Source: Heterodontus francisci
Taxonomy: Eukaryota
Direction of reading: 5' to 3'
Assembly (NCBI RefSeq): GCF_036365525.1
Contig: NC_090400.1
Coordinates: 28,385,353-28,449,352 of the forward strand
Length of the DNA: 64,000 nt
This document shows, piece by piece, positions 49,060 to 62,113 of the stretch. Under the pieces are notes generated by a model. The model saw nothing but the letters and a program-made list of their open reading frames with translations. It had not been told where the DNA came from and did not search any database. The stretch's first letter is position 1; each line of letters begins with the position of its first letter. The position numbers were made by a program, and so were the translations under genes.

Positions 49060-50660
49060 GGAGGCCATTCATCCCATTTAACTTGTCTTTTTATTGAAAT
49101 TTATAATCCCCATCCCTACATGTCTCTTGAAATATTCCATAGATTTTGCCTACACTGCTCTTGTTTATCACTATGTGAATATGTGCTTCCTGACAGTTCG
49201 AACTTGCCTTTATGTAATTTGGACCCATAGTCCTTATAATTCAGTTGTAGTCTAACTTGAAGTAATGCTCATGATTAATCTTTTCTACTAATTACCCAAA
49301 ATATCTCTAAGAGCCCCTCTTACTCATCTTATTTCTAGTTTTCTCTGATAGCCTAATCCTCTGAGACTAGGGGTCAGCCTCTATAACTCTTCCAGCGCCT
49401 GAATGTTTCTGTTATGTTTTGATGAACAAAGCTGAAGCAGTATTAAAGGTGTGGCTTGAGCAGAACACTGAACAGCTTTAGCATAGCTGCCTTAGACCTA
49501 CAGTCTATTAATGTCAGTGGAGCTTCATATTCTGTTTGGTTTGTTGATTGCTGCTGTACAGTGACTGCACATGATCACACTCGGGTGTTTTTTCAGCCTC
49601 TTGCCTCACACCACTCATTCAGTCAGTTCCCAATTTTTCTTCCAATATACAAGATCTTGTTTTTATTTCTGTATTGCATGTCATCTAGCATTCTTCTGTC
49701 AATTTTCATATATTGTCTAGGAAGGCTCTTCGGTTCGTCTTAATACATCCATCCAGAACAATTTGACACTTCCTTCCATCTCCCCTCTGTTGCTGAATCT
49801 TGTTGCTTTTGAAACAATTCCATAATTTTTCTTCCATCTCTCTGCCCAAATGTCCATTCCAAATATTAATCATATTCTGTGTGAATCTATGGTTACTGGT
49901 TTGAATCTGTGTCCCCTTGTGCTACACCTACTGTTTAAAGTAATATTCTGATCTTTTCCATACCATTTACTACCTTTCATACCTCCATAACATCAATTCT
50001 CAAACAACATTGTTAAGCTTCAATCATGCCAGTCTTTTCTCAACAATCAGTCCCTTAACACCAGGAATCTGCCTCAAGGCTGCTTTTTATAATGCTTCCA
50101 GTACTTCATTGTCTTGCTTGATTATCGGAGACTAGAACTGGACACAGTACTAAGTGTGGTCTGACCAGAGAATTGTACAACTTGATCATGACTTCGCTTG
50201 ACTTGTATTTTAATGTTTGGTAATGTACTTCAATATGCTTTTTACTTTGATTGCTTCTCTGGATTGGCTGAGCATGGAGTCTATTAATCCTGGTTCGTTT
50301 CCAACTTGAACTGTAGCTATTTCAACATCATATGTGGAGTATGTACATTGCCCAATTTTCCTATTTATATGCAAAACTTTACACTTGTCTGCATTAAATC
50401 TCATCTGCTGCTGTTTAGCCCACTTACACAAATCTTTTGTTTGGCTCATTTTGTAATTTTTGGCTGCCTCCTTCATTTCCATTGCTGCTTCTAGTTTGGT
50501 ATGAGCTGTATATTTTTCCATAGAGTTTCGGAATCCAAGTCATTGATGTAAATTAGAAACAGCAATGATCCCAAATTTGAATCTTTGAGCACTCCACGGT
50601 GTACTTCACACACTCTGACTTTACTCCTGTAACCAGTATCCATTGTTTTCTACCCTTCAG
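49060..50660 (-). mobile_element. Old CR1 remnants
   Basis: Degenerate WAKQQQMRFNADKCKVLH and related motifs. Boundaries are approximate. Confidence 0.6.
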
Positions 50661-50679
50661 GTAATTTAAAAAAAAATTT

Positions 50680-51950
50680 ATTGGGAAATAGGCATCTCTA
50701 GGAAGGCCAGCTTTTATTGCCCATATTTAGTTGCTCTTGAGAAGGCAGTAGTGAGCCGTCTTCTTGAACTGCTGCAGTCTGTGTGGTGAAATCCGGGTGT
50801 TCCCGGATTTTAACAAAGGGACGGGGGAGCGGTGACAGATTTCTAAGTCAGGATGTGACTTGGAGGGGAACTTGCAGGTGATGATCTCATACACCTGCTG
50901 TCCATGTCCTGGTGGAGGGTCCAGGTTTGGGAGGTGTTGTCGAAGAAGTCTTGGCGAATTGCTGCAGTGCATCCTGTAGATAGCACCCGTTGCAGCCATG
51001 GTACGCCAATGTTGGAAGGAGTGGATATTTAATGTGGTGGATGGACTTATCCAACCCAAGTATGAATCCATTGTTTTACATGGAATTGAAGTAAGGCTAA
51101 TGGATCTTTAATTGCCATTTTATTTTTTGTTGCTTTGTTAACTTATTTCTAATGTGCTGGTACCTCCCCAGTGTCCTTGGATTCCCTCATAATGATTGTA
51201 GGTGTCTTGCAAACCGACACATTGACACTTCTCAACAACCTGGAATAAATACCATCCAACCCTGGAGATTTATTTATTTAAGCCCTTTTAGCATCTCATC
51301 TTTTTCTTAGTCTTTAATGGCGCTGGAGTATTTTTTCTAATCATTCATCGGATGTGGGCATCGCTGGCTTTTATTGCCCATCCCTAATTGCCCTTGATAA
51401 GATGGTGGTGAGCTGCATTGAACCACTGCAGTCCACGTGCTGTTGGGGAGGGAGTTCCAGGATTTTGATCCAGCAACAGTGAAGGAACGCCGATATATTG
51501 CCAAGTAAGGGTGGTGTGTGACTTGGAGGTGAGCCTGCAGGTGGTGGTATCCCCATGAGTCTGCTGCCCTAGTTTTTCTAGGTGGTAGAGGTCGCGGGTT
51601 AGGATGGTGCTGTTGAAGGAGCCTTGGCGAGTTGCTGCCGCTGTGCATCAGTGGTGGAGGGAGTGAATGTTTAAGGTGGTGAATGGGGTGCTAATCAAGC
51701 AGGCTACTTTGACCTGGATGGTGTTGAGCTACTTGAGTGTTGTCAGAGCTGTGTGCCAGGCAAGTGAGGAGTAGTCCAATACACTTCTGACTTGTGCTGC
51801 TCTTGTAGCCGCAGTATTTATGTGGCTGGTCCAGTTAAGTTTCTGGTCAATGATAACCCCAGGACGTTGAGGATTCAGTGATTGTAATGTTGTTGAATGT
51901 CAAGTGAGATGGTTAGATTCTCGCTTGTTGGAGATGGTCATTACCTAGTA
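50680..51950 (-). mobile_element. Two further second-family LINE 3' fragments (~50680-51050 and ~51337-51950)
   Basis: Both are reverse complements of parts of 38740-39345. Confidence 0.75.
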
Positions 51951-52449
51951 CTTTTTGAGGGAGGTCTTGTTATTTATTTGTTCCCTTGTGAATACTTTTA
52001 GGGAGTATTTGTATTCACTGTCAGTTTCAAGACCATTTGCATCTTTTAATATTATCTCCTCTGTGATAGTTATTTTACTATTGCAAAAAATACAGTTTTT
52101 TACTGTTATACGTTGTCTCTGCAGTTATGCTTTTTCTAGATTTCACTTGGTCTGTCTGATCATCCTTTTAACTTGCTTCAGTGTGATTTGACATTTGTCC
52201 CAGTGAATCCTTTCACCTTTCTCTCTGCAAGATTAGTCGAGGTGATTTTTCCTTTTCAATTTGTTTCGTCTGAACTTATTAAACTTGCGGATGTGTCCAG
52301 AATTGTTCTTTTCAAGATGTTCAGTTTGCCTTTGATTGAAATGTTGGTAAGCATCCTTCTCCAATCTTGCTTCTTCTTTGCAAAACGCAGCACAGATCCA
52401 CCGAATGGGATTGATACCATGACCAGCAAAAGGTCACAAAGCAGCTTAT

Positions 52450-54345
52450 AAGAGCTACTAAAAGCGATTATGAAAGGAAACTTGCAAGAGACATCAAAAT
52501 CAATAAGAAGAAATTTTATAGTTATATAAAGGGAAAGCGGGTGGTCAAGAGCAATGTAGGCCCACTAAAAGCTGAAAATGGAGATATTGCCATTGATAAT
52601 GGGGAAATGGCAGACATGTTGAACAATTACTTGGCCTCAGTATTTACAGTTGAAAAGGAGGTTAACTTGCCAGAAGTCCCGAAAAAATTAATAGCTGATA
52701 AGGGACAGGGACTTACAATTAACGTAAGTAAAACATCAGTAACGAGGAAATTAATGGAACTATAGAGTGAGAAATTCCCAGGATCTGACAGTTTCCATCC
52801 GAGGGTGTTAAAGGAAGTAGGGGAGCACATAGTAGATGCCCTAACTATAGTCTTTCAGAGTTCCCTAGATTCAGGAGTGGTCCCTCTGGATTGGAAAGTT
52901 GCACATGTCACTCACCTTTTTAAGAAGGGTGAAAGGGGGAACCAAGGAAATTACAGACTAGTTAGCCTGACGTCTCTGGTGGGCAAGCTGCTGGAGTCTA
53001 AAATCAAGGATAGGGTGACTGAACACCTAGAAAAATTTCAGTTAATCAGGGACAGCCAGCATGGATTCATGACGGGAAGGTCATGCCTGACAAATCTCAT
53101 TGAATTTTTTGAAGAGGTGACTAAGGTAGTGGACAGGGGAATGTCTATGGATGTTATTTATATGAACTTTCAGAAAGCATTTGATAAAGTCCCACATAAG
53201 AGACTGTTACTAAGGTAGAAGCCCATGGAGTTGAGGGCAAATTATTGACATGGTTAGGAAGTTGGTTGAGTGGTAGGCGACAGAGAGTGGGGATAATGGG
53301 TAAGTACTCCAATTGGCAGGATGTGACTAGTGGTGTCCCGCAGGGATCTGTGTTGGGTCCTCAATTATTCGCATTATTCATTAACGACCTGGACAATGGC
53401 ATAGTAAGTCATATATCCAAATTTGCTGATGATACAAAGTTAGGCGGTATTGTAGCCCGTCTAGATGATAGCATAAAATTTCAAAGGGATATTGACAGAC
53501 TAGGTGAGTGGGCAAAACTGTGGCAGATGGATTTCAATGCGGGCAAGTGTGAGATTATCCATTTTGGACCAAAAAAGGATAGAGCAGGGTATTTTCTAAA
53601 TGGAAGAGGTTAAGTACAGTGGATGAATAAAGAGACTTGGGGATTCAGGTGCATCGATCTTTAAAATGCCACGAGCGAGTGCAGAAAATAATCAAAAAGG
53701 CTAATGGAATGGTAGCCTTTATATCCAGAGGAGTGGAGTATAAAGACAGAGGTTATGCTGCAGCTGTACTAAACCCTGGTTAGACCCCATTTGGAGTACT
53801 GTGAGCAGTTCTGGGCACCACACCATAGAAAGGATATATTGGCTTTGGAGGGAGTGCAACGTAGGTTTACAAGAATGATACCTGGACTACAGGGGTTAAG
53901 TTACGAGGAGAGATTGCACAAATTAGGCCTGTTTTCGCTAGAATTTAGAAGGTTAAGGGATGATCTGATTGAAGTCTTCAAGATATTAACAGGAAAAGAC
54001 AGGCTAGATAAAGATAAACTATTTCTACTGGTTGGAGACTCTAAAACTAGGGCTCATAGTCTAAAAATTAGGACCAGACCGTTCAGGAGAGATGTTAGGA
54101 AGCACTTCTTCACGCAAAGGATGGTAGAGGTTTGGAACTCTCTCCCACAAACAGCAGTGGAAGCTAGAACAGTTGTTAATTTTAAACCTGAGATAGATAG
54201 ATTTTTGTTAAGCAAAGATATTAAGGGATATGGGCCAAAGGCAGGTATGTGGAGTTAGGCCACAGATCAGCCATGATCTCATTGAATGGTGGGACAGCCT
54301 TGAGGCGCTGAATGGCCTACTCCTGTTCCTATCTTCCTATGTTCC
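52450..54345 (+). mobile_element. CR1-clade LINE, 5'-truncated ORF2 plus 3'UTR
   Basis: QHGFMTGRSCLTNL, GVPQGSVLGP, KFADDTK and a TTCCTAT-repeat tail. Contains stops and frameshifts. Confidence 0.93.
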
Positions 54346-54349
54346 TTCA

Positions 54350-54600
54350 GGCGTCAGTCGTGGCTCAGTTGATGGCACACTCTGAGTTAGAAGGTTGTGG
54401 GTTCATGTTCCATTGCAGGACTTGAGCACAAAAATCTAGGCTGACACTCCAGTGCAGTGCTGAGAGTGCTGCCCTGTAGGAGGTGCCGTCTTTCAGATGA
54501 GACCTTAAACCGAGACCCCTGACTGCCCCTCAGGTGGATGTAAAAGATTCCATGGCACTGTTTCGAAGAAGAGCAGGTGGGGGTGTTATCTTTGGTGTCA
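54350..54600 (+). mobile_element. tRNA-derived Deu-domain SINE (SacSINE1/AmnSINE-related)
   Basis: TGGCTCAGTTG A-box-like head, followed by GGAGGTGCCGTCTTTCAGATGAGAC..TAAACCGAG...CAGGTGGATGTAAAAGATTCCATGGCACT..TTCGAAGAAGAGCAG, which I recognise as the Deu domain. Confidence 0.75.
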
Positions 54601-54836
54601 AGATGAAAATCGCTTCTCATAGCTTCCCTTAAGCAGTCATGAAGCAGTCCTGCATTACATTCACCAGTTCTGACTCTAAACCACTTGGCCTTTTCCAACT
54701 ATATTGGGTTGATTAGTTTTCCACTGAGATAACTTGCCTGTTCTTTCACATCCACCTCTACTGTTAGACAGCTTCAGATTATACTATTTTTCCTTTAGGT
54801 TGGGTTCATCTGCATACTTGACCAGCTTATAACATT

Positions 54837-55597
54837 GGGCAAGAGTTTGTTGTAGCAGGGCATCTAACGGCTGTGCCATTTGCTCCTGCTCACAATTTTT
54901 TCCAACAAAATTGCTGAAAGTACAAACTGATAACCACATGGGAAAGGAAGCAGAACTTCTAGGACCAGCGTGTAAAGGGGAACCAACAGAGTATCTCATT
55001 AAGCAATAAGATTTAAGAATGGGGAAATAAACACCTTGGAGGACTGAGAAGGAGGGTGAATTAAAGTGGGTGAATTCAATGTCAAATCAGGTCAAAAAGA
55101 GAAATAAAGAGTGGGAAAAAATAGATTGAATTAAGAAAGGGAGAAAATAGAGACAGAAGGGAAAAGTAAGAATTCAAAAAAAAAAATTAATATGTGATAT
55201 CTTTAAAATTTCCATGATAAACTTAAACCTGAAGAAATGAGACCTCATAGTTGTAATATTTAATCACGATGCCAGAGAGGTTGATTGACAGTAACCATTA
55301 TCACATCATTAAAAGGGTACTTCTGCTACTAATTACTAGTCCTAATTATCTGCAGTGGGTTTAGTTCCTATCTACCACAGATGTACAGCAACTTCATGGC
55401 ATTCAATGAATTTCTGTGGTGAGCTAGTCAGCGAGATGCTGTTATCACGCAGTTAATGGTAGTGTGGCGCAAATTGGACGACAACTTTTGGATATTTATA
55501 TTTAATCTTCTCCTTACTTGAAGTTACTTTAACCATTTACACTAAACAGTGGCGAGCGCCATTGTCCTCACAGTTATTTTGTCAGCCGAGTCTGGCC
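54837..55597. mobile_element. MITE, third related copy
   Basis: Shares GTGGGTGAATTCAATGTCAAAT and GAGCGCCATT...TTATTTTG with 31282-31962. Ends in GAGTCTGGCC. Confidence 0.6.
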
Positions 55598-58224
55598 ATA
55601 TGTGGATGAGAAGTAGTATGGGCTTCAGCATTGATTCCTGGCATTCTACTCAATGCACCTCCCTAACCCAACATCAGTCAACCAGTACTAATGCCTAGAA
55701 AATTTCAGTTTCATTGCTTAGTAATGTCTGGTATTTAGGGAAATTTGTGCATTTAATATCTTAATTTAGGACTGGGATTTGCTTTTAAAATATTTTTTGC
55801 CACCGCAGCCTTTCTACCTCCATGTTGCTGATAACTTGTTATTAAAACTTTCTCAAAACACTGAGGGCTATTTTAATTGTTCCAGAATGTGTTTTTTGTT
55901 GAATGCAGATTTTAAACTTTCACGCTGGCTGTTGAGATTTTTGTTGGAAGTATAATCAAAGAATTGATTGGGTTTTCATCTGTACCCATGCATCAGGTTA
56001 CAGGAAATCACGGAAACGGTTGAGGATACTCTGTACACTGCATGGACAGTCTATGCCATGTTTGTATATGTGAGAAAACTGCAAGGCAATTGAGGAAGAA
56101 AGAGTGCGAGAGCTGATGATGCAAGTAGAATTGAGAGAGAAAGGTATACAGACAGTAAACAGTACAGATAGGAAATCCATGTGTATAGACACACTTGCTC
56201 CAATACTTTAGTAACTTAATTGGATTTGCAACAGTGCTGTAATATAGTTGCTTTTGTATCAAAGTTTTCCTTTGAAGTACTGAGAAAAATAAGAAAATAA
56301 ACAGCAGCTAAAAAGTATTAGGACAGAGTGGAGAGAGAGATCTGAAAAGGATAGAAACAAATCATGAATTCCATTAGAGTAGGGTTATGGTCTGATTAAT
56401 GGGCAAAAGATGCTTGTATGAGATTGGTAATCCTGCTTTAGTTGAGTTATAAAACCTAAAACTGTTTAGTGATACTATAAATGTTGATATGCCAATAGAA
56501 TGTTGTACTATTTTTGCTGTGTAGCTGTTGCAGTGCAGTGAGTCACTATGCAAACTTTATATATGAGCACACCTTATACTACTATCATATTATAATAACT
56601 CCCCCCTGAAATCATAGCTTTCCTTCTTGTGTGATATTTTCATTCGGGTATTGTAATCAATTCTGGTCTGAAACTGTAGAGTGCCTTTGATCTATGGCAC
56701 ATATATCCAGGGAACAGTGCAAGTATTATGATTCATTGTTCTTTGTTGAATTGCTGAACTTCTGTGTATCTGTGCTTTTAAAAGCTTAGAGTTTCTCAAA
56801 ATTGAGCCCTTTGAAGCTATTCTCTCCTAATGTGCTGTGTATAATATTTTTGACATGTTTAGTCTTCTATGCATGTGGCTTTATAAAGTGGCCAATTATC
56901 TAGTAGTGTAGCCTTGATATAAAATAGAATACATTCAAATTTAGGTGGTTTAAGCTCAGTTTATTCACTTTTTTTTTGCATATCTGTTCAGTGAGAGACT
57001 AGTTAAATTACACATCACAGATTGTGCTTTACTGAGTCTCTTGACATATACCGCACTATTGCAATATACCTACAATGACTCAAATCTTGATTCAGTTTTC
57101 AATGTTCAAACACTTACTATAAAGAAATGTTTTTATCTGCATTCTCCAAGATTTACAATAACATTGATTCTGAATTTGACTTTCTGAAGACTTGTATGAA
57201 TTTGCATCTCTGTGCAATATATGTTGAATTTCTCTATCCTTCAATTTTATGAAGGCTGAATTAAACTCTAACTACATTTATGAACAAGAACAAAAGAAGT
57301 TTCTGAATGTTCACTGCTGTTTAAAAACTCTCTGATACACATTTTCTGTGTTATTCGGCATAAAGGTCACTGCTGCAAAGTCGAGAGTCGGTCAACAATG
57401 GTGAATAAATTCAGGAATCTTAAAAATGCACTTACTGAGAAGCTGATAGTGTCAATGAGCTCTGAGATGTGCTTATATTCAGGTTGTAGCACAACGTTTC
57501 TCTTTATCCCACAATGAGCTCCATTGTACTAGAACTAGCTATAAGAAGCAAAGCTATCATTAGCTGTTAATTGTAAATGTGGATAATGGAACAATCTGCT
57601 GATGCCAGTAAATGCATCGCACTAAAACGGTAAAGGTTGAGCGTGAAAGGGAATTTCAATTAACTCCATTCCAGAGAAAATGTAAATCTATAGCCTTGAG
57701 AGAGAAGAAGGAAGACTTGTATTTGCATGGAGTCTTTCACGTCCCAAAGCTCTTCAGAGCCAATGAAATACTTTTGAAGCATAGCCACTGTTGTAATGAC
57801 CAGTGGACTGTGAAACACCAGTTGATATGGAGTTTATCCTGAGCTGAAGTTTGAGCATCACGGAGTTATTCTTTGACTTTTATTATGTTTTTAAGAAAAG
57901 CTGAAGCTCTTGATCTGCAGTGCCAGCATGATGTGGGAGGTCCTCAATGCTTTGAGTGTGGGAAATGTCTTTGCTGTTTGAACACCGCTTAGTGTTTTTC
58001 AGTTTGAGAAGCAGAACAAATTATGAGGATTAAAAAAAAAACTGGATGCCTTTCCATGGGGTTAGGAAGAGGAAGGGATTCCCAAGATTGTTGAATTGAC
58101 AGAGGTATTCAATAGTTAATATCTGTGACAATGGTAACTAGGAGCAATTTCACTACGCAGCGAAGCAAGTGGTTGCAAAAGATAGGAGGGGGGAATCAGG
58201 AAAGTGCTGAAACAGTAGTGATAC

Positions 58225-59000
58225 AGATGCAGAAATCAACAAGCGCATGGGTAAGGCTTCCACTGCTATGTCCAGACTGGCCAAGAGAGTGTGGGAAAAT
58301 GGCGCACTGACACGGAACACAAAAGTCCGAGTGTATCAGGCCTGTGTCCTCAGTACATTGTTCTACGGCAGCGAGGCCTGGACAACGTATGCCAGCCAAG
58401 AGCGACGTCTCAATTCATTCCATCTTCGCTGCCTTCGGAGAATACTTGGCATCAGGTGGCAGGACTATATCTCCAACACAGAAGTCCTTGAAGCGGCCAA
58501 CACCCCCAGCTTATACACACTACTGAGTCAGCGGCGCTTGAGATGGCTTGGCCATGTGAGCCGCATGGAAGATGGCAGGATCCCCAAAGACACATTGTAC
58601 AGCGAGCTCATCACTGGTATCAGATCCACCGGCCGTCCATGTCTCCGCTATAAAGACGTCTGCAAATGCGACATGAAATCGTGTGACATTGATCACAAGT
58701 CGTGGGAGTCAGTTGCCAGCATTCGCCAGAGCTGGCGGGCAGCCATAAAGACAGGGCTAAATTGTGGCGAGTCGAAGAGACTTAGTAGTTGGCAGGAAAA
58801 AAGACAGGGGCGCAAGGGGAGAGCCAACTGTGCAACAGCCCCGACAAACAAATTTCTCTGCAGCACCTGTGGAAGAGCCTGTCACTCCAGAATTGGCCTT
58901 TATAGCCACTCCAGGCGCTGCTCCACAAACCACTGACCACCTCCAGGCGCATATCCATTGTCTCTCGAGATAAGGAGGCCCAAAAGAAAGAAAAAAGAAA
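58225..59000 (+). mobile_element. RTE-clade LINE 3' fragment (young)
   Basis: Uninterrupted 229-aa ORF nearly identical to the C-terminal part of 4770..5600, followed by an A/G-rich tail. Confidence 0.93.
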
Positions 59001-59039
59001 GAACAGATTCTATATTCAGGTAACAGAATGCACTTTGTA

Positions 59040-60957
59040 GAAAATCTCATAATTTTGAACATCTGTATCAGAACTTCCCTTAACTTTTTGTTTCAGTAAA
59101 CAGAGGCCTGTTTTCTCTTGGTCTCTCCTCATAACTAAAACCTCTCATTCCTGTTATTATCTCAGTGAATCTCTTCTGCATCCTTTTTAAGGCCTTGCTT
59201 CCTTCCTAAATCAGGCACACAAAACTGGGCACAATATTCTAACTGCATTCTAACCAATGATCTGTACAGGTTTAGTATTACCTCTTTACTTTTGTACCCT
59301 TGTGCCCTTGTTTATAAAAACTAAGATCCTATTGCATTCCTTATACACTTATTAGCTTGTCCTCCCACTTCTGAATATCTGTGTGTCTGGACCCCTAAAT
59401 CTATTTGCTCCTCTGGTCCGTAGAAAATTTATCATTTAATGTACATGTTCTCTCCTTATTCTTCCTCCCAAATTATATCATCTCGCCTTAAAAGCACTAA
59501 ATTTCATCTAATGTCTATGCCCAGTCTACTAACATATGTCATGAATCTGCAGTTCTCTTCACGGTTGGCCTATTTTTGTGTCATCTGTGAATTTTGATAT
59601 TGGGAACTCTATATCCAAGTCAGATCATTTTTTATATTAAGATTATTGGTCCTAGCACTGATTCTTGGGAAACACTGGTTTACATCCCTTTATTCTGAAA
59701 AACATCCATTAAGTTCTGCACTCTGTTGTCTCTTTTCTAACCAATTATCTATCCAAGCACTCCTTTTAGTACCATGTAACTTAAATTTTATCAATGAACT
59801 AATTTGTTGCTGAATGTCCTTAACTCATTCATGTTCTACTAGGTAAGTATTCATTTTATCCTGTATTTAAGGCCTCTGGAAGTTGACACACTACCAATGC
59901 TAGTTGGCCTGATCTATAGTTATTTGGTTTATCTATTTCTTTCTATTTGATCAGAGATACATTGGCAATGCTTCAGTCCTCTGGCACATATTTGATCTCC
60001 AAGGTTATTTGGAAGATTCTGAATCTTTCAGGCTTCCATCAGGGCGTGGTGCCTTTTCTGCTTTGAGCACTGCCAATTTTATTTTCAGTTCTTACCGGTA
60101 CTTTATCCTATCTAATAGTTCAACCTCCTTTTTTTTTTAAGCCTTTCATTCTAACTACTACTTTTGTGACAGCGGAGGTAAAGAATACATTTAATATAAC
60201 CACCATTCATCTGTCCTTCTTGTAGATTTCTTTTGCATCTGTAATTGGCCTTACTTTTTAAACTATTCTTTTATATTTTATCTGTTTAAACAATCCTTTA
60301 CTATTTCCTTTTGTTAGCTGACGGTCTTTCTTCATAGCCTCTCAACTTTTCTAATCTTTTTTGCTTCCCCTCTTTATTTCCTATATTCTGCTTAATTTTC
60401 TTTCATGCTACTGTATTTGCCCTAGATATTACATAAGCCTCTTACTAAATGTCCTTTTGATTTCCCTAGTCATCCAAGGAACTCCAGCTTTAGTTGCACC
60501 ACATATTTTTGGTGTGGTAGTTTTGAATACCTCAAGTCATCTGGATAAACATTTACCATTGTTTGTTAATTGTCTTATCTTTCTTTTCAACTTATCTAGG
60601 CTAAGTCCCATTTTATCCCTTTGGCATGTACTTTTTTGCAGTCAAGTACTTTTGTATTTGACTGTTTTCCTTTTCAATTTTAAATCAAACCTATTTATGT
60701 CATGGTTGCTGGTTCCTAGATGTTAACCATACCTTATCACATACTTGCCTCATCTAATTTTCTAGAACTAGATCCAAAACTACTTCTTTCAGCGTTAGAC
60801 TAAAAACCTACTGATCTGGAATGCAGTCTGGACATATTAGAGGAATTCCTCCTGTTCTTTGCCACTTATTTTACTTTTACCCAGTCTGTCTTTGGATAAT
60901 TAAATCTTTAATTATTTTGTCCCCATTATTCCTGCATTTTTCTCTTAGTCTGCATAT
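59040..60957 (-). mobile_element. Old CR1 remnant
   Basis: Degenerate similarity to the minus-strand CR1 at 12481-14755. Confidence 0.6.
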
Positions 60958-61968
60958 TGTTACGCAGGCGCTTCTGTTTTTCTGTGTAAAATATGTTTAA
61001 GAAATTATAGTTGAATTTTGGACATTGAATCATCTGAAGATTGCTGAACTTTGTGGGCATTTTTCTTAAAAGGAAGGTCAACAGGAGGTTGACCAGTAAA
61101 CAAGTTTTTACTGGAAGGCGCATGTTTGTAAAGAACCCAGCATGGGGTTTGACCTGAAGAGCTATTTGCTTATTGACAAGTCAGGATTTATGGCTGTCAT
61201 CGGACTTGTCTCTGGAAAAACTTGGTTTCATTTTGAACTGTTTAAAAAAAAAGTCAGTTTGTTTGGCTAAAAATGGGCAGTTGGAGTTTGCTTATTGATC
61301 TGCCAGGAGAAGACAACCTTGCTTATCTTGCTCTTGAAAAGCATATACTGTATCAAGTTGTATTATTGCCTCCTGTATTTGAAGAAATCCTGAATGTTTG
61401 CAGAAACCTTGCATCTTTAAAAAGAACTTTGCATCAAATGTGTGAGAATTGAAACCATTCTTTCTGCACACCTGATGTAAGACCTATGTGATGCCTTCTG
61501 TAGCTGTATTTCATGAAAGCCTACCCAGACTGTTCATCAACATTGCCTGCAATGAACTTTTTCTGGGAGGATTCCTAGTGGCAGCCACCCATTCGCCTTT
61601 GGGACACCTCGGCAAAACATGTCTTCTGTTCAGTCGAAGTTTTTTTTTTATTCATTCCATTTCTATTTCTTTGTAACTGGTTAACCAGTTTTGCATTTTT
61701 GTGTTTGTGCGTGAGGCCTCAGAGAAAATAAGGGGCTTTAATATTTCAATTCGCGTGTATGTTTTACCTCATTATTGGTTAAGACTTGGTTTATAATAAA
61801 CGGATAATTTTGTTCTTTATTAAAGAAACCTGGTTGGTGTACTTTATTCTGGGGACAAAAAGTATCTGATTGATTGTTGCAGTAAGTGGGAAAACTAAAA
61901 TATATGTTGTGACCTGTGGAGAAGTGGGACTGAATTAACAGTGCATTCTTCCCACCTCAGTCTTAACA
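60958..61968 (+). mobile_element. Solo LTR (Gypsy-like or ERV), 1011 bp
   Basis: Starts TGTTA, ends TAACA, flanked by ATAT on both sides. AATAAA at ~61795. Confidence 0.72.
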
Positions 61969-62113
61969 ATATCCCTTTTTTGTCTATTTTCTCATCTCTG
62001 GTGTATCTACACTACATTCTATGGTTTTAATGTCCTTTCTATAATAGGGTGCCAAAAGCTTCACACAATACCCTAATTGTGGCCTGACATTGTCACGTAT
62101 AAACTCATCATAT

